A DNA stretch of 64,000 bases from Lepidodermella squamata (Eukaryota > Animalia > Gastrotricha). This document shows positions 61,700 through 64,000 of this stretch, in pieces; position 1 is the stretch's first letter; every line of letters begins with the position of its first letter. The notes below the pieces were generated by a model, which saw only the letters and a list, made by a program, of their open reading frames with translations, searched no databases and was not told the origin of the DNA. Position numbers and translations under genes: made by a program. Where the stretch lies: NCBI GenBank assembly GCA_047495785.1, contig JBLDXI010000004.1:124001-188000 (forward strand), written 5' to 3'.

Positions 61700-63949
61700 T
61701 CACCCCGGTAAGAAGCGTAAAGTTGATTCCGGGGCGGCTGCCGCGATGACCGACGAGCAACTCATGACTGACTTGTCGCAAACTGTCACGCAATTAACCG
61801 TCGCGTTGCTGCTGTCGACGCAGCGGATATACGAAGACTGAAAATTATAAAATGTTGTTCATTTTGTGACCTTTTTCAAAAGAAAATAGTTGAAGCTCGC
61901 TGGAGTTACTGAGAAGGGTGAAGTAAGGGGAGAGGTCCAGGCAAGAAAACCACAGCGGGCCCTTAGCTCCAACTATCGCCGGTGAAAAAGCGGTGAGAAC
62001 TCAACAAGCAAATCGCGGCGATCCAGAAATAAAGGGAAATTTGTTATACCTGAGCTATCAAGCAATCGGCATAGTTGCTAGCAAAGTCTGATTTCGCCCT
62101 GAAAATCAGTACCTGAAATAGAGAAAACGGCAATTACGCGATAATCAGACTGCTATATCAGAGAAAGCACCCTTCAAATTGAAATAGACAATTTTTCCCA
62201 CTTGAACCTCCCAACTGAATGCTCCCCCTAGCACCTTGAGCATAGCCTACCTCTGTCATAGGAGACGGGCAGGAGTTGCGGCAAACCAAGTTGCCAGACG
62301 ACGAGCATATGGCCGCAGGCTGCGATATATCCAAAATAAATTCGAAAAATAGCGTTTACGAACAATCCAACTAACGCCGGCGGTACAGCGATATCTGTCG
62401 ATGTAGGTTCCGCTGCTGTAGGACTAGATAGTCGGAAATGAGGAATCAGGGAATGCATTTGAATTACTAAATTTAATCAACCTGAGTCATTGTTGCCGGA
62501 TCGCAAGGCGTTGATTTACAACCGACGAAGGACCGGTCGCTTTGGAGGAAGCATCGATTGAATGGCACGAAGTCGGCATTGTTGCGGATAACTGATAATA
62601 TAGAAAAAAATTGCTGAACCTGGCGGAAGATACTGATAGTTGGCGAAAACACGAAATCTTCAAATTATTGAGATGAATCCAACCAATTTTATTCCGACTA
62701 GGTTCAGCTCTGAGGGGGTTAAATCGAGCATTTTGAGACCTAAATCAACAGGGGGACCCTTTCGTTTTTCAACAAATTTCGAATGACAAGGGGGTTTGTT
62801 TACCCCATTACCCCCGTACTCGGACCACTGCCATAGGCTGTTGGTGAGAAGAATGAACAAACTCTTTTCCTGGGCCAAGCACATTTGCAATGTGTCGTAT
62901 TTGCCGACTGGAGTCTGAATTGGAGAAACAGAGAATCTTGGATTCAACTATCCACATCAGTCGGATTAACGCTCACCGCGCCATCTGGGCATAGGCCGTT
63001 GACCGGGATACACGTTCGCTGACCGTTTTTGTCACAGGCTGTCGCCTGAACGTTCTGTAAATAAGTGAAAAAACGGGAGAACATTAAACTTAAGAGTTAA
63101 ATCGATTGATTTTTGATTGAAGATATGCCTAAATTTCAGCCAAATTTAGAAATTGGGGGATTCTCATAGGGACCAAAGTTAGTGGATTTCACAATATAAA
63201 ACCCGTTTCTATCATCAGTTATACAGTGATTACATTGATTTCTCTGCTGTATTTCATCGTTTGTGGCGCGTGCCAAATAGTGTGGTAAATATTCATTCAT
63301 AATTTTAGAAATTGGCGTTGGCGTAATTTTCAAAATATTCAAATACTGCGTATTTTACAGAGCAAAGCATCGCAGGTAGGAAGTGCTAGTGTCACATTTT
63401 AAGTATTTCTTCAGCTATTTTACAAAAGCGTACCAGGAAATTTTTGATCGTAGATCGGCATACATCGTACTGCGATCCGAAAACGTCTCCGAGAAATTCC
63501 GCAGTCTGTTTCGGAGAATGGGATGATAAGTTTCAATTGCACGTGAAATCCCAGGCACGAACCATAACTTCTTCATTTTTGTCACAGCCGAGGTTACGCG
63601 GGATGCATCGCATGTTGATCGTTTTGTAGTTGAAACAGCTTCGAGCGGCCTTACATCGAAAAGGAGAGATGACAAATTAAAACAGGAATGGATTAACTCA
63701 CACCGGCTTTGCAGCTCGCTAGCGAAGGTAATTGGAGTCCGAGCTTTATCAAATGCAGAAATCCGATTAAAAAATGTTAATTAAAGTTAGAAACAATGAA
63801 CTTGCCTGAACTTCATCCAGGAACGAACAGTTCTGTTTACAACCTGTGAAAGCGTCATTCAAACGGGAGAAACATCGCTTGTACTCTTGTTGATAGGCTA
63901 ACGAAGTTAGGCTTAGGATGAGAAGGGTGCGAAACATTTCGGCCATCAT
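61700..63949 (-). pseudogene. Gene E: paralogue of gene B, truncated before the lectin domain
   Basis: Signal peptide plus EYKRCFSRLNDAFTGC. Exons parallel gene B (AARSCFNYKTINMRCIPRNLGCDKN is identical). The final exon starts at 61837 (SSYIRCVDSSNATVNCVTVCD), runs into unrelated sequence at ~61775 and stops at 61700. Confidence 0.75.
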
Positions 63950-64000
63950 TTTAAATATATATTTTAAAAGAGAAAATAATGAATAAAATTTTACGTTGAC

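Overview
This is AT-rich eukaryotic DNA, most likely from a compact-genome invertebrate, with many ~50-60 nt spliceosomal introns. Most entries in the supplied ORF track are therefore exon fragments or noise, and all gene models below were spliced by hand. There are three layers. (1) The terminal exon of an NmrA-like gene. (2) A cluster of five paralogous genes (A+, B+, C+, D-, E-) encoding secreted proteins with a signal peptide, 5-6 tandem copies of an unrecognised ~45-aa four-cysteine module, and C-terminal C-type lectin domain(s). B/E and C/D form mirror-image pairs; E is truncated and C has an apparent frameshift. (3) A dense load of mobile DNA: hAT, Mutator-like, Tc1/mariner-like and CAC-terminus MITE/non-autonomous elements, an intact Sola-like transposase ORF and a CR1-like LINE fragment. 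The most unusual part is the ~31.5-46 kb block between B and C. It holds an intron-rich Transib/RAG1/Chapaev-type DDE transposase gene with an intronless SOCS-box gene nested in one intron. Next to it are a divergent, essentially intronless Rad21/Rec8-type kleisin, an RG-rich/Zn-ribbon gene, two orphan spliced genes and a piggyBac-like C-terminal finger. This may be a large cargo-carrying RAG-like transposon, but I could not find its termini.
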